DNA of 64,000 nucleotides from Scyliorhinus canicula. Taxonomy: Eukaryota. How positions within the stretch are numbered: the stretch's first letter is position 1; the number at the start of each line of letters is the position of its first letter. Location: positions 66,896,649 through 66,960,648 of the forward strand of contig NC_052153.1 in NCBI RefSeq assembly GCF_902713615.1, read 5' to 3'. A program made the translations under genes and the position numbers. The notes under the pieces were generated by a model that worked only from the letters and a program-made list of their open reading frames with translations, made no database searches and was not told the origin of the DNA. Below, one piece after another: positions 51,234-64,000 of the stretch.

Positions 51234-51648
51234 GGCACCCAGTACAACATTGGGAAATCTTGGAATTCCATTCTCTGCTTTGTTGTTCCAATCCAGTTAT
51301 TTCTTGCTTTGTGGGCAAGGCCGTCCTGATGCTTGTGTGGATAGCAGGCTGAGGTTTGAGGCTGGCAGAATGTTGGAGGACTTGCAATTTGATGACTTTG
51401 ACGACTTATCTGCACAACTTGTGGTATGACATCCAGGCCTTCAGGGCTAGACTCCTGGCATTGATAACTACTGGTATCTGCAACAACTACCTTATAAGAA
51501 GGACTTATCTGGAGGTCTTCTGGACCCTGTGTAGAGATAATATTACCTCCTCCTCTGTACTTTCTTAACTAAGGCACCCAGTACAGCATTGGGAAATCTT
51601 GGAATCCCATTCTCTGCTTTGTTGTTCCATTCCAGTTATCTTCTTGCT
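51234..51648. repeat. ~75 bp direct duplication within LINE debris
   Basis: GGCACCCAGTACARCATTGGGAAATCTTGGAAT...TTCTTGCT at ~51234 and ~51573. Confidence 0.75.
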
Positions 51649-52270
51649 CAAATTCTCTTCTGCAATCAGTTACAGCACCACCTCCAGTTAGAATCTACCT
51701 TTCCAATGAGAGATACAGGCTGGGTTTAAGCAGCTCAGTTTAGCTTTAATTAATGCTAGCCTTTCACATTCTTGTGCCCCCCTGCTGAGGCGTGCATCTG
51801 CTCAACAGCATGGTTAGTAGCGGTTGCACAGTACAATCACATAAATTAGCAGGTTGCGCATTGCTGCCGGCATTGGAAACAACAGTGGGGGTTAACCATG
51901 CAAAACAGTCCCTGCACCCCTTTTTGGATCTTATTGTGTTTTGCAGTCCATCTGATTCTTTTGCACTCATAAAATTGTGATAGCATCATTTAATGCATCA
52001 GCACAGCCTTGATTCTTGAACTCATTCTAAAGCCATGCATTGTCTCTAGTTAAAAGAATACATTTACAACAAGATGTGATCAAACTATTCATTATGTGGG
52101 GCAGTTGATTCTTGGGACTTGCCTCTTAGATCGTTGTGCAAAATGATATAAAAGATACACAATCGGTGATAAGATATATTAAGTGAAAAAAGTCACCTTC
52201 CTGGTGATAGCATGATCTTGATCAGTGGCATGCTTTGTGATGTAGAAATGTTGATTTATTTACTTTTCAG

Positions 52271-52375
52271 GTACAAGGTTTAAACTTCACACAGATTGGT
52301 TCTATCCCAGATTCATCGGAAGTAGAAAGTGAGCTTCAAGAAGAAAAGGAAAAAGCAAGAACTCTAATGAAGGAG
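52271..52375 (+). CDS. Coding exon 3 of same gene (start of coiled coil)
   Basis: Acceptor TTTACTTTTCAG, donor GAG|GTAACT; 105 nt open in phase 0: VQGLNFTQIGSIPDSSEVESELQEEKEKARTLMKE. Confidence 0.7.
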
Positions 52376-52914
52376 GTAACTCATTTTGGAATTTGTTCAA
52401 GTGAATTTTATAATTCTTAACGTTTATTCAATGTGTGAAGTTATATTTCTACCAATATTAGTGAACAAAGCATAGAAACACATCTTCATGCACTTTTTTT
52501 CTTGGTCCCAAATGCTAATGTAATGCTTATACTTGCTTATTTTGAATTCAACTGCACTGAATATATTGAATTGGGATAGAAGAAAGTGAAATAAGCTAAC
52601 GCTGTGATGAATACAAGTAAAAATTACAAGTTTGTCATAGAAAAACAGCAATTAACCTGAAAGGTCGACTAGCAAAATAAGCTTTACTTCACAATGATTA
52701 TGACGTCAGTTTATACAGTGATGCCAGGCTAAATCTACATTATGCAGCAATACTAATCTATTTTGAGTTGACCTTGCTTTTAGCTCATGTACTCAGTTTC
52801 ACATGAGAGGATGTAAAAGATCAAACTTTCCTTTTCAATGTTAAATTTACAATTTGAACATATGTGCTTGAACATCGCTGTGATTAGCAACATCTCTTCA
52901 TTTTACATATTTGG

Positions 52915-55900
52915 GCGGTAGGATAGTGATTATGGTTAGTAATCCAAAGACCTGGACTAATTCTCCGGATACATAAAATGCAAATCCTTCCCTGGCAGCT
53001 GAGGAACTTAAATTAAATTAATTATTTAAATCTGGGATTCAGGGCCAGTATTAGTAACGGTGACTGTGAAACCGCCGGATTGTCAAAAAAATCCATCTGC
53101 TTCACCAGTGCCATTTAGGAATGGGAATCTGCTATCCTTATCCCTCTGGCCTACTTGTGACTTCCCACCAATAGCACTGTGGTTGATTCTTAACCACCCT
53201 CTGAAATGGGCTTGTAAATCAGTCAGCTGTGTCAAATCATTATGAAAGGGAAAGTAAGAATATAAAAAGATATATCACCTAGTAATGGACATGACCGGGG
53301 TCATGCTAAGTTCTTTTCACTAACATCTGGAGACTTGTGTCAAAATGGGAGAGCTATCCCATTGCTAGTCAAGCAAAAGTCTGACATGATCATACTCATT
53401 GAATCATACCTTCCAGCCTATGTCCCAGACCTCTCTATCATCACCCCTGTATCATCCGTCCCATCAGGAGGAGAGGCTCACCAGAGCGAGCAGCAGTGAT
53501 TGACAGTCAGGAAAAAATAGACCTGGAAGTCCTGAACATTGACTCCCAATCACATGAAGTCTCAGGCAGGGAAACTACATGCTGATTATCAACTCCCGCC
53601 CTCCCTCAGCTAATGAATCATACTTTTCTGTGTTGAACACCACTCGAACGTGCCACCAAGGGTACCAAGGGCACAGCATATAATCTGGATGGGGCATTTC
53701 AATGTCCATCACCCAAATGGTGACAGGACCCAGGAGCACCCCTACAGACTGAATCTTGAAATATATATCTGCCAGATTGGAGTGGTGAGAGAACCAACAT
53801 GAAGGAAAACCAACTTGACTTTATCCTCATCAACTATTTATTGGAGATGTATCTATTTATTTATGTAGCTGCTAGCACTACTGCCTCACAGTGCCAAGGA
53901 CCCGGGATCAATTCTGGCCTTCGAGCACTGTCTGTGTGGAGTTTGTACATCTCCCAATGTCTGCGTGGGTTGATTCCGGGTGCTCTGGTTTTCTCCCACA
54001 GTCCAAAGATGTGAAGGTTAGATGGATTGGCCATGCTAAATTTCCCCTTAGTGTCTAGGGATGTGCAGGTTAGGTTATGGGGATAGGGCGAGGTGAACAC
54101 GTGAGTGGACATGGGTAGAGTGCCCTTACGTAGGGTCGGTGCAGACTCAATGGGCCAAATAGCCTGCTTCTGCACTATAGGGATTCTATGTGTGATAATA
54201 TTGGTGAGAGTTATCACCGCACAGTTCTTGCTGAGATCAAGGACATTGTTCCTTGTTTTGTATGACAATACTACACTGCTAAATGGGGTATATTTAGTAC
54301 AGGCGTAGCAGTTCAAAACTGGGCACCTATGAGGAACTGTGGACCATCACAATCTGGAACTTCGTGGCCTGAATACACAATGGGTGAAGAGAGATTGAAA
54401 GTGGCACAGGCACTGTCAAAAAGTTTTTTCAGCAGAGTAAACAGGTTAAATAGCTGCACTCTCCTCTCATTATCGGAAACCTACCCATGAACCAAGATCC
54501 TGTAACAATGACGACATCTACATCTGACTGCACCCAAGAAACCAGCTAACTTAAATTGGCCGCAACATTTAGCAATCTGTGCCTCAAGGACAAGCAATGG
54601 ACGCCTAACTGTATATTCTTTTAACTTTTTTCATTGGACTGTAACTTCCCTTATTTTGATGTGGAGATGCCGGCGTTGGACTGGGGTGAGCACAGTAAGA
54701 AGTCTTACAACACCAGGTTAAAGTCCAACAGGTTTGTTTCAAACACGAGCTTTCGGAGCGCAGCTAAGGAGCTGCGCTCCGAAAGCTCGTGTTTGAAACA
54801 AACCTGTTGGACTTTAACCTGGTGTTCTAAGACTTCTTACTGTTCCCTTATTTTGGATACCTATTTGTGTGAGTTGTTGATTTTTTATTTTTTTGTCTTG
54901 TGTTTAGTGGTTAATAAATTTGCTCTTTAACGCAAGAAAACTGTGTTTGATTGGCTCCTGATTGCTCGCCACATAAATAGATAAACATACTCTGATTTTG
55001 AAAAGGCATACCCTCATGAAAATGAAACCTAAACCTTTGTTGTGACCAATCGAGGAGGTTGAACAGAGAGGAGCCAGCTCATACCTTCTCACCTGTTGTA
55101 ACAACGGTCAAGAAATCTTAATTTGAGCAGGGAGGTGAAAGTGCCTGTCCTTTACATCATGGCAACATTTGGCCAAGTGCGGCAATAAGAAGCCTGGGTA
55201 AAATTGACGTCAATGGGAATCAATTCAGAAACTATCCATTGGCTGAACTCATACCTCTCACAGAGGAAAATGTTTTCAGTTGTTGGAGGTCAATCATCAC
55301 AGCTTCAAGAGTTCACAGCAGGAGTTCCTCAGGGTAGCATCGTAGGCCCAACCACCTTTAGCTGCTAGATCAATGTCCATCGCTCCATGAGAAAGTCAGA
55401 ACTGGGGACGTGCACGGATAATTACAGTATTCAGTTGCATTTGGAACTCCTCAGATAATGAAGCAGCCCATGCCTGCATGCAGCAAGACCTGGACAACAT
55501 TCAGGCTTGGGTTGGTAAATGACAAGTAACTTTGTGCCACTCAGGTGCCAGGCAATGACCATCTCTAACATGAGAGAAATTAACCACCTTCCCTTAACAT
55601 TCAATGGCATTAACATCGCTGATTTTCCCACCATCAACATCCTTGAATGTAATAATAACAATAATCTTTATTGCCACAAGTAGGCTTACATTAACACTGC
55701 AATGAAGTTATCATGAAAAGCTCCTAGTCGCCACATTCCAGCACCTGTTTGGGTACACAGAGAGAGAATTCAGAATGTCCAAATTAGTTAACAGCATTCT
55801 TTCAGGACTTGTGGGAGGAAACCGGAGCGCCTGGAGGAAACCCACGCAGATATGGGGAGAAGGTGCAGACTCCGCACAGACAGTGACCCAAGCCGGGAAT

Positions 55901-56230
55901 CGAACTTGGGGCCCTGGCACTGTGAAGCTACAGTGTTAACCACTGTGCTATCGTGCAGCCTTTTTTCACCATTGAAGACAAATTTAACTGGACCAGCTAC
56001 ATAAATACCATGCCAACAAGAGCAAGTCAGTGCTGGGTGTTCTGTAGTGAGTAACTCACCACTTGACTCCCCAATGTCATGAGTGCAGCTCCAATCGCAC
56101 TCAAAGTTCAGATTTATCGAGAACAAATTTGCCAGCTCGATTGGCAACAGTTTCACCACGTTAAATAGTCATTTCTTAACCGCCGCCAAATTGTGTCTGT
56201 AGTGTTTGCAATCTACAATGAATTGTGTAA
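52915..56230 (+). mobile_element. Decayed CR1/L2-group LINE with nested SINEs (53868-54190, 55650-55960) and an LTR-like insert (~54430-55103)
   Basis: APE endonuclease-like DMIILIESYL near 53390; AGVPQGSIVGP near 55320; the insert ends ...TGTAACA. Confidence 0.6.
54659..54843. repeat. Penelope-derived near-perfect palindrome with 13-bp TSD
   Basis: 74-nt arms 54692-54765 / 54770-54843 with one mismatch; TSD TTCCCTTATTTTG at 54646-58 and 54843-55. Confidence 0.85.
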
Positions 56231-56624
56231 AGTTTGGTTCTTGCCTGATCCTTCACCACCTGTATTTCTGGTATATATAATATGTGTTACAATCCCTCTA
56301 GAGACTGGTAACTTGTTAAAAGAAAGGAATCCCCATGATGCCAATGGAAATAACTGGCCAATCAAATTGGTTGACAGCTCTCCAGGCCTTCCATGCGCAG
56401 CACTGCAGTGGCTGAAAGTTCTGGCACCACAGTTCTGGTAATTACCAGGGTCCCGAGGAGGGGAGGGTAAAGGAGGCAGTGGGGGATGATCTTGCTGTTG
56501 AGGATATGGGAGGAAGGACTAGAGCTCTCCGGCCCCCGGCTGAAGGGGCCTTCCGATTGAGGTGCCCACCCCAATTCCTGCCCAAGATTGAAGAAGAGAT
56601 CTTTTTCTGTTTCCATCCTCAGTC

Positions 56625-57590
56625 ATAAGACCATAAAACATAGGAGCAGAATTAGGCCATTTGGCTCATTGAGTCTGCTCTGTCATTCAATCATGGCTGA
56701 TATGTTTCTCATCCCCATTCTCCTGCTTCTAATTTCCTAAGCCTTTTCCCATTTAGTCTGTGCTTCCATTCTTCCTACTGAAGTGCATAACCTCACACAT
56801 TTCCATATGAATTTCATCGGCCACTTCTTTGCCCACTCTCCGAGCCTATCCAGGAACTTCTGCAGCCCCTCTGCTTTCTCAAAACTACCGATCCCTCTGC
56901 ATATCTTTGTATCATCTGCAAAATTAGCAACTGTGTCCTCAGTTCCTTCTTCCTGATTGTTAATGTATATTGTGAAAAGTTGTGGTCCCAAAACCGACCC
57001 CTGAGGCACACCGCTAGTCACCGGCTGCCATCCTCTTTCCTCTTTCAACCCACACTTTGCCTTCTGCCAGTCAGCCAATCCTCTATCCATGCCAGTATCT
57101 TACCCTTAACATCATGGGCTCTTAACTTATTTAACAGCCTCCTATACAGCACCTTGTCAAAGGTCTTCTGCAACTTTAAATAGATCACTTCCACAGGTTT
57201 TCCTTTGTCTAACTTCCTTGTTACCTCCTCAAAGAATTCAAACAGATTTGTCAGACATGACCTCCCCTTGACGAAGCCATGCTGATTCAGTCCTATTTTA
57301 TCATGCACTTCCAAGTACTCTGCAATCTCATCTTTAATAACGGACTCTAAAATCTTACCAATGACCAAAGTCAGACTAACCGACCTATACTTTTCCATCT
57401 TTTGCCTCCCTCCCTTCTTAAACAGGGGTGATACATTAGCCATTATCTAGACCTCTGGAACCCTACCAATGGCTGCACAAACACCTCAGCCATCTCCTTT
57501 AGAACCCTGGGGTGTAGTCCATCTGGTCCAGGTGATTTATCCACCTTCAGACCTTTCCGTTTACCCAGAATCTTCTCCTTAGTGCAGCCA
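56625..57590 (-). mobile_element. CR1 LINE fragment
   Basis: ORFs 57045-57443 (ANVSPLFKKG...QHGFVKGRSCLTNL) and 56737-57090 (GVPQGSVLGP). Confidence 0.9.
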
Positions 57591-58744
57591 CTAGCCTTAA
57601 AATTGAGGCGAGGCGGGAAAATGCCCTTAAGTGGTCATTAAGTGGCCACAGAAGGGCCTTAATTGGGGGGTGGGCGGGCTTTCCCGTCTTTGCCCTATCG
57701 GCCACACTGTAAAATTGTGTCCAGGTCCAGGTCGGGGTGGGTGGGATCCCAGAGGGAATACTGTACATGCTATTTTACGCTCCTGCCCATCCTCAGGACC
57801 GCTGGAGGTGGGTGGAGTGTAGAATTCTGGCCTTGTACTATACATAATCAACCATCACCACCTTTGGCTATTCCTTTCGCCACATCAAGCCGAACAACAG
57901 CATTTCTGTTAGGCTTGCAGCATGTAGATGACAATATATTGCTTTCACCTTCTAGATCGTTGACTGCCTGAGGTTAGCCAGCCATGTGACAATGATATAT
58001 ATTTGACTTATCCTCCTGATCCTTTCTGCTTTGCTTTGATCCTTGTGTATTAAAGCTTTAAAGTTTCCCCTGAGGTTCCTGATGTGTTCCATTTGCTTTG
58101 TGTTTTCTTTTCTAATGTTCCTTTCTTTTGTCCCAAAAAATGTTAATTGTCCTTTGTCCTTCATTTTCTTGAATTATTACCGTTGGCACAGCTATTGGCT
58201 TCTGGGATAATTTGATTGGAATATAATTATCTCCCGGAAAAGAAAGGTTGAGAGACTAATAACTCTCATGAAAGTAACATTTTCAATTGTTCTGAGAACC
58301 ATGTGTGAATGATCTGATGAAATATTTTACTTCTTTCTAACAGCTCTCCAGAGAAATGTATGCATTACCTTTGAATAATTATTACTCCAAAGTACAGTGA
58401 TCTACTGATTTGTTTGAAGTCCTTAGAATCTTTTATTTTGGATGAAATTAAGGAACTTTAGATGAACACGCAAGCTTTATTTATATCCTTGCCTCCACAG
58501 CAGTAAATCTAGGACTCTCCTGAAGCTTCCAACTTTATGGTCTTGTGGTCTCAACCCCACCAGCCGTACAAAATACATTTTGAGAAGTTTTAAAATAGAA
58601 ATGTTCAGGATCCGAATTATGATTATGCATCCAAAATCTGGAAACTATCACACAGCACTTGCCCCAATTGCTTTTCTTTCCCAATGTCCAAATAATCCCC
58701 TTTTGGATTTGTTGACAAAATGCAACATTTCACATATGTTAGTG

Positions 58745-59285
58745 CCATAGAATCATAGAATGGTTACAGCACAAGAGGCCATTCAGCCCGTTGTGTCCAT
58801 GCCAGCCCCTCCAGAAGAACAATTCACTTCATCCCACACCTCCGCCTTTTCCCTGTAGCCATGCAAAGTTTTTCGCTCAAATGATCCAATTCTCTTTTGA
58901 AGGCTTTGATTGAATTGGTCTCCAGGACACTCTCAGGCAGAACATTCCGGATTGTATCCACTCGATGCATAAAACCGTTTTGCTCATGCCACCTTTGCTT
59001 CATTGCCAATCACCTTAAATTGGTGTCCTTTGATTCTCAATTATTCCATCATTGGGAAAAGCATCTCCCTATCTACTCTGTTCAGATCCCTCATCATTTT
59101 AAACACCTCTAATCAAAATTTCTTAATCTTTTCTTCTCCAAGGAAAACAGTGCCAACTTCTCCAATCTATCCATGTTAGTGAAGTTCCACGTCTCTGGAG
59201 CCATTTGTTTTCTTCAACCTCCCTAATGTCTTTGCATCTTTCCCGAAGTGTGGTGTGTGAAACGGGACACAATACTCCAGTTGTC
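58745..59285 (-). mobile_element. CR1 LINE 3' end
   Basis: Decayed CR1 C-terminus and (ATTCTATG)-type tail near 58750. Confidence 0.7.
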
Positions 59286-61625
59286 CCACTTTCTCAATGC
59301 AATCCTCTAAACGTGGGGTAGATAAGAGTCTGTTCTTGTAACTGCATTAACCTTTCTATAGTCCACACACAACCATTGGGTACTGTCTGGTTTTGGTACC
59401 ATCACTATGGGTGAGCTCCGTTGGCTGCAACCCACTTCAATTATGCCATTTTTAAGCATACTCAATCTCTTTGTTAACTTGTGCCAATTTTAAAGGGTTA
59501 AGTCTGTATGGATGTTATTTGATTGGAACAGCATTTCCCACATCTACATCATGTATAGCCATTTTAGTACTTCCCAATTTATCTCTACAAACTTGCCCAC
59601 GTGGTATCAATAACTCTTTCAGGTCAGTTCGTTTTTCCTCTGGAAGATAACTCAACAATTTATGCCAATTTTTAGGAACATCCTCGTTTTCCAATTTAAT
59701 TTGAGGTATGTCAAATTCCAAGTCATCTGGATTTGGTTCGTCACTTTGAGTTAGAATCATTAAAAGCTCATTTTTCTCTTTTTCAAAGCACCTTTTAAGC
59801 GTATTCAAATGACACACTCGGTGAGTTTTCCTTCTATCCGGCATCTTTACCACATAATTCACCTCACTTAATTTCCTATCAATCTGATAAGGTCCACAAA
59901 ACCTTGCTTTCGAAGGTTAACCTACCACTGGTAACAATACTAAAACTTTATCTCCACAGGCAAAACTACGAACATTGGATTTCTTGTCCGCTACCTGTTT
60001 CATCACATTTTGTGCAACCTTTAAATGTTGTCTAGCCAATTCACCTGCTCTATTTAATCATTCCCTAAAATTTGATACATAATCCAATAAAGTAATTTCC
60101 GATTTCTCACTCACCAATTTTTCCTTAATCAATTTAAGTGGTCCTCTTACCTCATGACCAAAATTAGTTCAAAAGGACTAAATTTGGTTGACTCATTAGG
60201 TGCATCCCTAATTGCAAACAGGACGAATGGAATTCCTTTGTCCAAATCCTCTAGATAATCTTGACAATACGCCCTCAACATTGTCTTTAATGTCTGATGC
60301 CACCTTTGTAACGCTCCTTACGATTCTGGATGATACGCAGTTGATATAAATTGTTTTATTCCTAAGCTATCCATAACTTCTTTGAATAACCTTGAGGTAA
60401 AATTTGATCCTTGATCTGATTGTATTTCTGTGGGTCATCCATATCTGGGAAAGAATTTAAGTAACTCCTCCACATTCTTTTTAGCTTTAATTACACTCTG
60501 GTATACACACATATCCCTCTTCCGTGTATGCTTTCTGATATATCCGTTTCATTTCTATATCTTTTTGTTGTAACTCAGCCAATTTTCCTGAACTAAAAAT
60601 ATGCGCCTCATCCTCCACCTGTTCTTGTTCTTTTTCAATCATCTGATCAAAAATAATTTCTGATAATTGCACATCAACTTCATCTTCACTCTTTCATTTC
60701 TCCTCTTGTCTTAACCTGTGACTTTGTGACCTTGTTACAACACAATCCGGAAAAATACCAGGATATTCGTCCTTCAACACTTTAGTTGTCTGATTTTCCA
60801 GTGGCTTATCCACCACAGTAGGCATCACTCCCACCTGTCCACCTGTGATCCAGCTGTATCATTGCCCAAGATAAACTGTATTCCTGGACAAGATAGTTTC
60901 TCTATTACTCATCCTACCACTTTACCACTCTTCACTGGACTTTCCAACCTTACCTTATATAATGGAATGCTACTCCTCTCACCCTGAATTCCACATATTA
61001 CCACCTTTTCTGGCAATATTCTTCACAAATTACATAACTCCTCACCTCTTACCATTAAAAACTGTCTAGCTCCCGTATCCCTTAAAATTGTGACTTCTTT
61101 ACCTGCTCCTCCTGATATATATGAATAAACTTTACCCACACAAGTAAATTCTTTAAAGAGATCTGGCACCTTCTTATCGATCACCTCTTGATCAGGCTGT
61201 ACAATCTTTTGTACCTCCTTCGCTTCACTTGGGCTTTCCTTCACTGTAACAAACCCCACTGTCTTATCCTGTTTTACCACATCAGCCCTCCCAGTGCTTT
61301 TCTTCAACCACCAACACTGTGACTTTACATGGCCTAGTTTATTACAGTGAAAACATTTGAAACTTTTCATTTCTTTTCCACCCTCCTGGATTTCTTTTTT
61401 ATTCTGAGGCACACTTTCCTTATTAACTCCCATCAGATCACCTTTACCTTTACCACTTGAGTATTTCTCATGTCCCCAGTTTCTATCCCTCACAGACTGA
61501 AACTGATGTTGGAAACCAAGCTTTGATATATGAACTAATTCATAATCACCTGCCATTTCTGCTGCTAACCTCGCAGTTTAAACCCTCTGCTCTTCCACAA
61601 GAGTTCTCACTACATCAGGAATTGA

Positions 61626-62338
61626 GGGCGAGATTCTCCGCACTCCCGACGGTGCGGAGAATAGCGTGGCTCGTAAAATTTTACGGCCACGCTGTTCCGA
61701 CGCCCTCCCGCTATTCTCCCCCCCTCCACGCCCAACTCCCGACACGAATCGCTGCCGTGGTTTTTTTACGGCCGGCAGCGATTCACAGCTGATAGATGGG
61801 CCGAGTTCCCAGCCCTTTACGGCTGTTTTTACGAACGGCAAACACACCTGGTCTGGCCGTTCGTAAAAACGGCCGTAAACACTCACATTTTATAACCATG
61901 GCACCGATTGGCACGGCAGTACCACGGCCGTGCCAAGGGTGCCATGGGCCCGCGATCGGCGGGCCCGATGCCCGCGCACTATTTCTCCTTCCGCCGCCCC
62001 GCAGTATCCATTCGCGGGGCGGCTGAGGGGCAACCCGGCCCGCGCATGCGCAGGTTTCGCGCAAATGCGCGATGACGTCATCCGCGCATGCGCGGGTTGG
62101 AGTCTTCCAATCCGCACATGCGCGGCTGACGTCATATGATGCGTCAGCCGGCGCTAACTCCGGCAAGCGGGCTTAACGAAATTCGTTAAGCCCGCGATGC
62201 CGGAGCTTACGGCGTCAGGCTGCTAGCCCCGACCGGGGACCAGAATCGGTTCCCGGTCGGGAAGGGGGGGCTGGCGTCAAACCCGGGCGGGTTTGACGCC
62301 AGCCTTACGATTTCTCCCCATATGGGAGAATCTCGCCC
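61626..62338. mobile_element. Young Harbinger-type MITE inside Gmr1 gag
   Basis: Perfect 14-bp TIR GGGCGAGATTCTCC / GGAGAATCTCGCCC; TSD TGA; CpG fully retained. Confidence 0.9.
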
Positions 62339-62869
62339 TGAATTTTTTGAACTCCTCCAAAAGTATAATTTCTCTGAGAGCTTCTTACGTTTGGTCTATT
62401 TTCAAAGCCCTTATCCACCTATCAGAATTACTCTGTTTGAGCGTTTCAAACTCCATGTATGTTTGACCAAATTCTTTCCTTAAATTTCTGAACCTTTATC
62501 TGTCGGCTTCAGGCACTAGTTCATATGCACCTAAGGTGGATTTTTTCACCTCCTCATACGTCCCAGATACCTCCTCCGGTAGTGATGCAAACAATTCACT
62601 AGCCCTACCTACCAGATTTGTTTGAATCAGTAATACCCACATGTCCTGTGGCCATTTCATTTGTTTAGCTACCTTCTCAAATGAAATTGAGAATCTACCT
62701 CCTTCTCATCAAACCTTGGTACTGCTTGGACATATTTAAATAGATTCCCACCAAGTCTTCGACTTTGACATTCTTTCTCACTATCCTCATCACTATCATC
62801 CAACTGTACATTTCCCCTTACGCCAATTTTAATTGACAGTCATGTTTCATGGCCATTTTCTGAAGTTCA

Positions 62870-63095
62870 AACTCTCTCTCTCTATCTTTTTCCCTGATCT
62901 GTATCTCCCTTTCTCTTTCTTTTTGTTCTGCTGGGGCTATTCTTTCTTTTCTCCTTTCTTCTCTCTCCTTTTCTTCGTCCTCTCTATCTCTCGCTCTCTT
63001 TCTTTTTCCTCTCACTCTTTTTCCTCTCTCTTTTTTTCCTCTTTCTCCCTTTCTTTTTCCTCTCTCTCTCTTTCTTTTTACTCTCTCTCTCTTTT
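62870..63095. repeat. CT-rich low-complexity tract encoding the E/R/K-rich part of Gmr1 gag
   Basis: Minus strand translates to EKEREERRKER-type repeats. Confidence 0.7.
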
Positions 63096-64000
63096 GTATT
63101 CAAGCTGCTTTAATTCTTTCTCATGTTCCATTTGTTTAATTTGGAACTGAATTTTTGCCATTTCCAATGAGCCAAACTATATCTCAGGCAACTTTAAATG
63201 CTTAACCACCGCCATAATTACCTAATCTTTTCGCATTTTGTCAGGTAATGTTAACTGCAATGTTTTTGCCAAATCTAACAGTCTGCTTTTAGTCTCTGTA
63301 AGGTACTGCGTGTGACTGTCTCCACCCCCAGAAACTTCTGAGCCTCTGAAAGAGCCATTTTCCACAACACACTCCTCACTTAAACTAAAATACCACACCT
63401 GTAAAGCAACCAAAATATGCTCACCCCTCTCTGTCTTTAAGTTCACTAAGCCAATCCAATAGATAGACTTTTATCCCCCTCGAGCCCCCAATTTGTCAGG
63501 GGCCAGGGTTTAGAGAACCCCAAAGTGTATCAAGGAGTTCACCTGGCCCACAACTTTTAATAGATTGTGGTATGGGGAGCACACGGCCCACTCTACAGGT
63601 GTGGTACAGCAGAAATGGAAAAGTATTTTTTAAAAGCAAAACAATGTTTATTCTATGAACTCAAGTTAACCTTTTTAAAATATACAGTGAACATCTTAGC
63701 AACCATTAATTCAAATACAACCCCCAAAGAATACAACACTAAGTAATCCTTTAAGCTTTCCTTTTAATATCCATAAAACACCTTCCAACAGAAGCACATT
63801 AGGTTTACATTGACTGCTGAGAACATTTATAATTGAGAATTCACAAAATGATCAAGAGATAGTCTTTTGATGGCAGAGAGGAACAGCAGTACACCTGCTT
63901 GGTCTGGCTTCAGCTCCAACACTGAAAATGAAACTAAAACACACCCTGCATCAAACAGCCTAAAACTAAAGTAAAAAGCTGACAGACAGCCCAGCTTCAC

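Larger units (their letters stand above)
59285..64000 (-). mobile_element. Gmr1-like Gypsy element (gag-PR-IN-RT order), 3'-truncated; 5' LTR runs off the window
   Basis: LTR from 63494; PBS TGGGGGCTCGAGGGGGAT (tRNA-Pro-like, 63473-90); CFHCNKLGHVKSQC and ILRDTGA in ORF 61023-61556; integrase (SDQGSNF ~60410, GPY ~59890) lies upstream of the RT N-terminus (~59560-59285). Confidence 0.85.

Noticed and set aside
51770-51790. CTCF-like motif
   Set aside because: Imperfect short match that cannot be supported from sequence alone.
62833-63150. Hydrophobic Phe/Ser/Leu ORF resembling a membrane protein
   Set aside because: Antisense reading of the purine-rich gag tract.

Overview
Repeat-dense vertebrate genomic DNA, most likely a shark (inferred from HE1-type tRNA SINEs, Deu-type SINE remnants, shark-type Penelope and CR1 fragments). 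Most of the window is nested, decayed transposable elements. The main element is a ~15.6 kb retrovirus-like provirus (19039-34659). It has ~770 bp LTRs, a tRNA-Arg-like PBS, a coiled-coil gag joined in frame to pol by TGA-CGG, and two RNase H-type domains (degenerate tether plus a retroviral-type RNase H remnant). It has no recognisable env. That position instead holds two covarying RNA hairpins and two splice-acceptor-led accessory ORFs, one encoding a ~115 aa type I membrane protein. A younger 4.9 kb Gypsy element with no tRNA PBS (possible self-priming), a CR1 fragment, two SINEs and a Harbinger MITE are nested inside it. The window also holds two decayed Harbinger transposons and several MITEs, a Gmr1-like (integrase-before-RT) element, Penelope, L1, CR1 and L2 relics, and Penelope-derived palindromes. 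A host gene absent from the ORF track starts near 46 kb: a promoter-like island plus three phase-compatible exons encoding a putatively myristoylated coiled-coil protein (CCDC192 is a tentative candidate). All calls are by eye; boundaries of decayed repeats are approximate.
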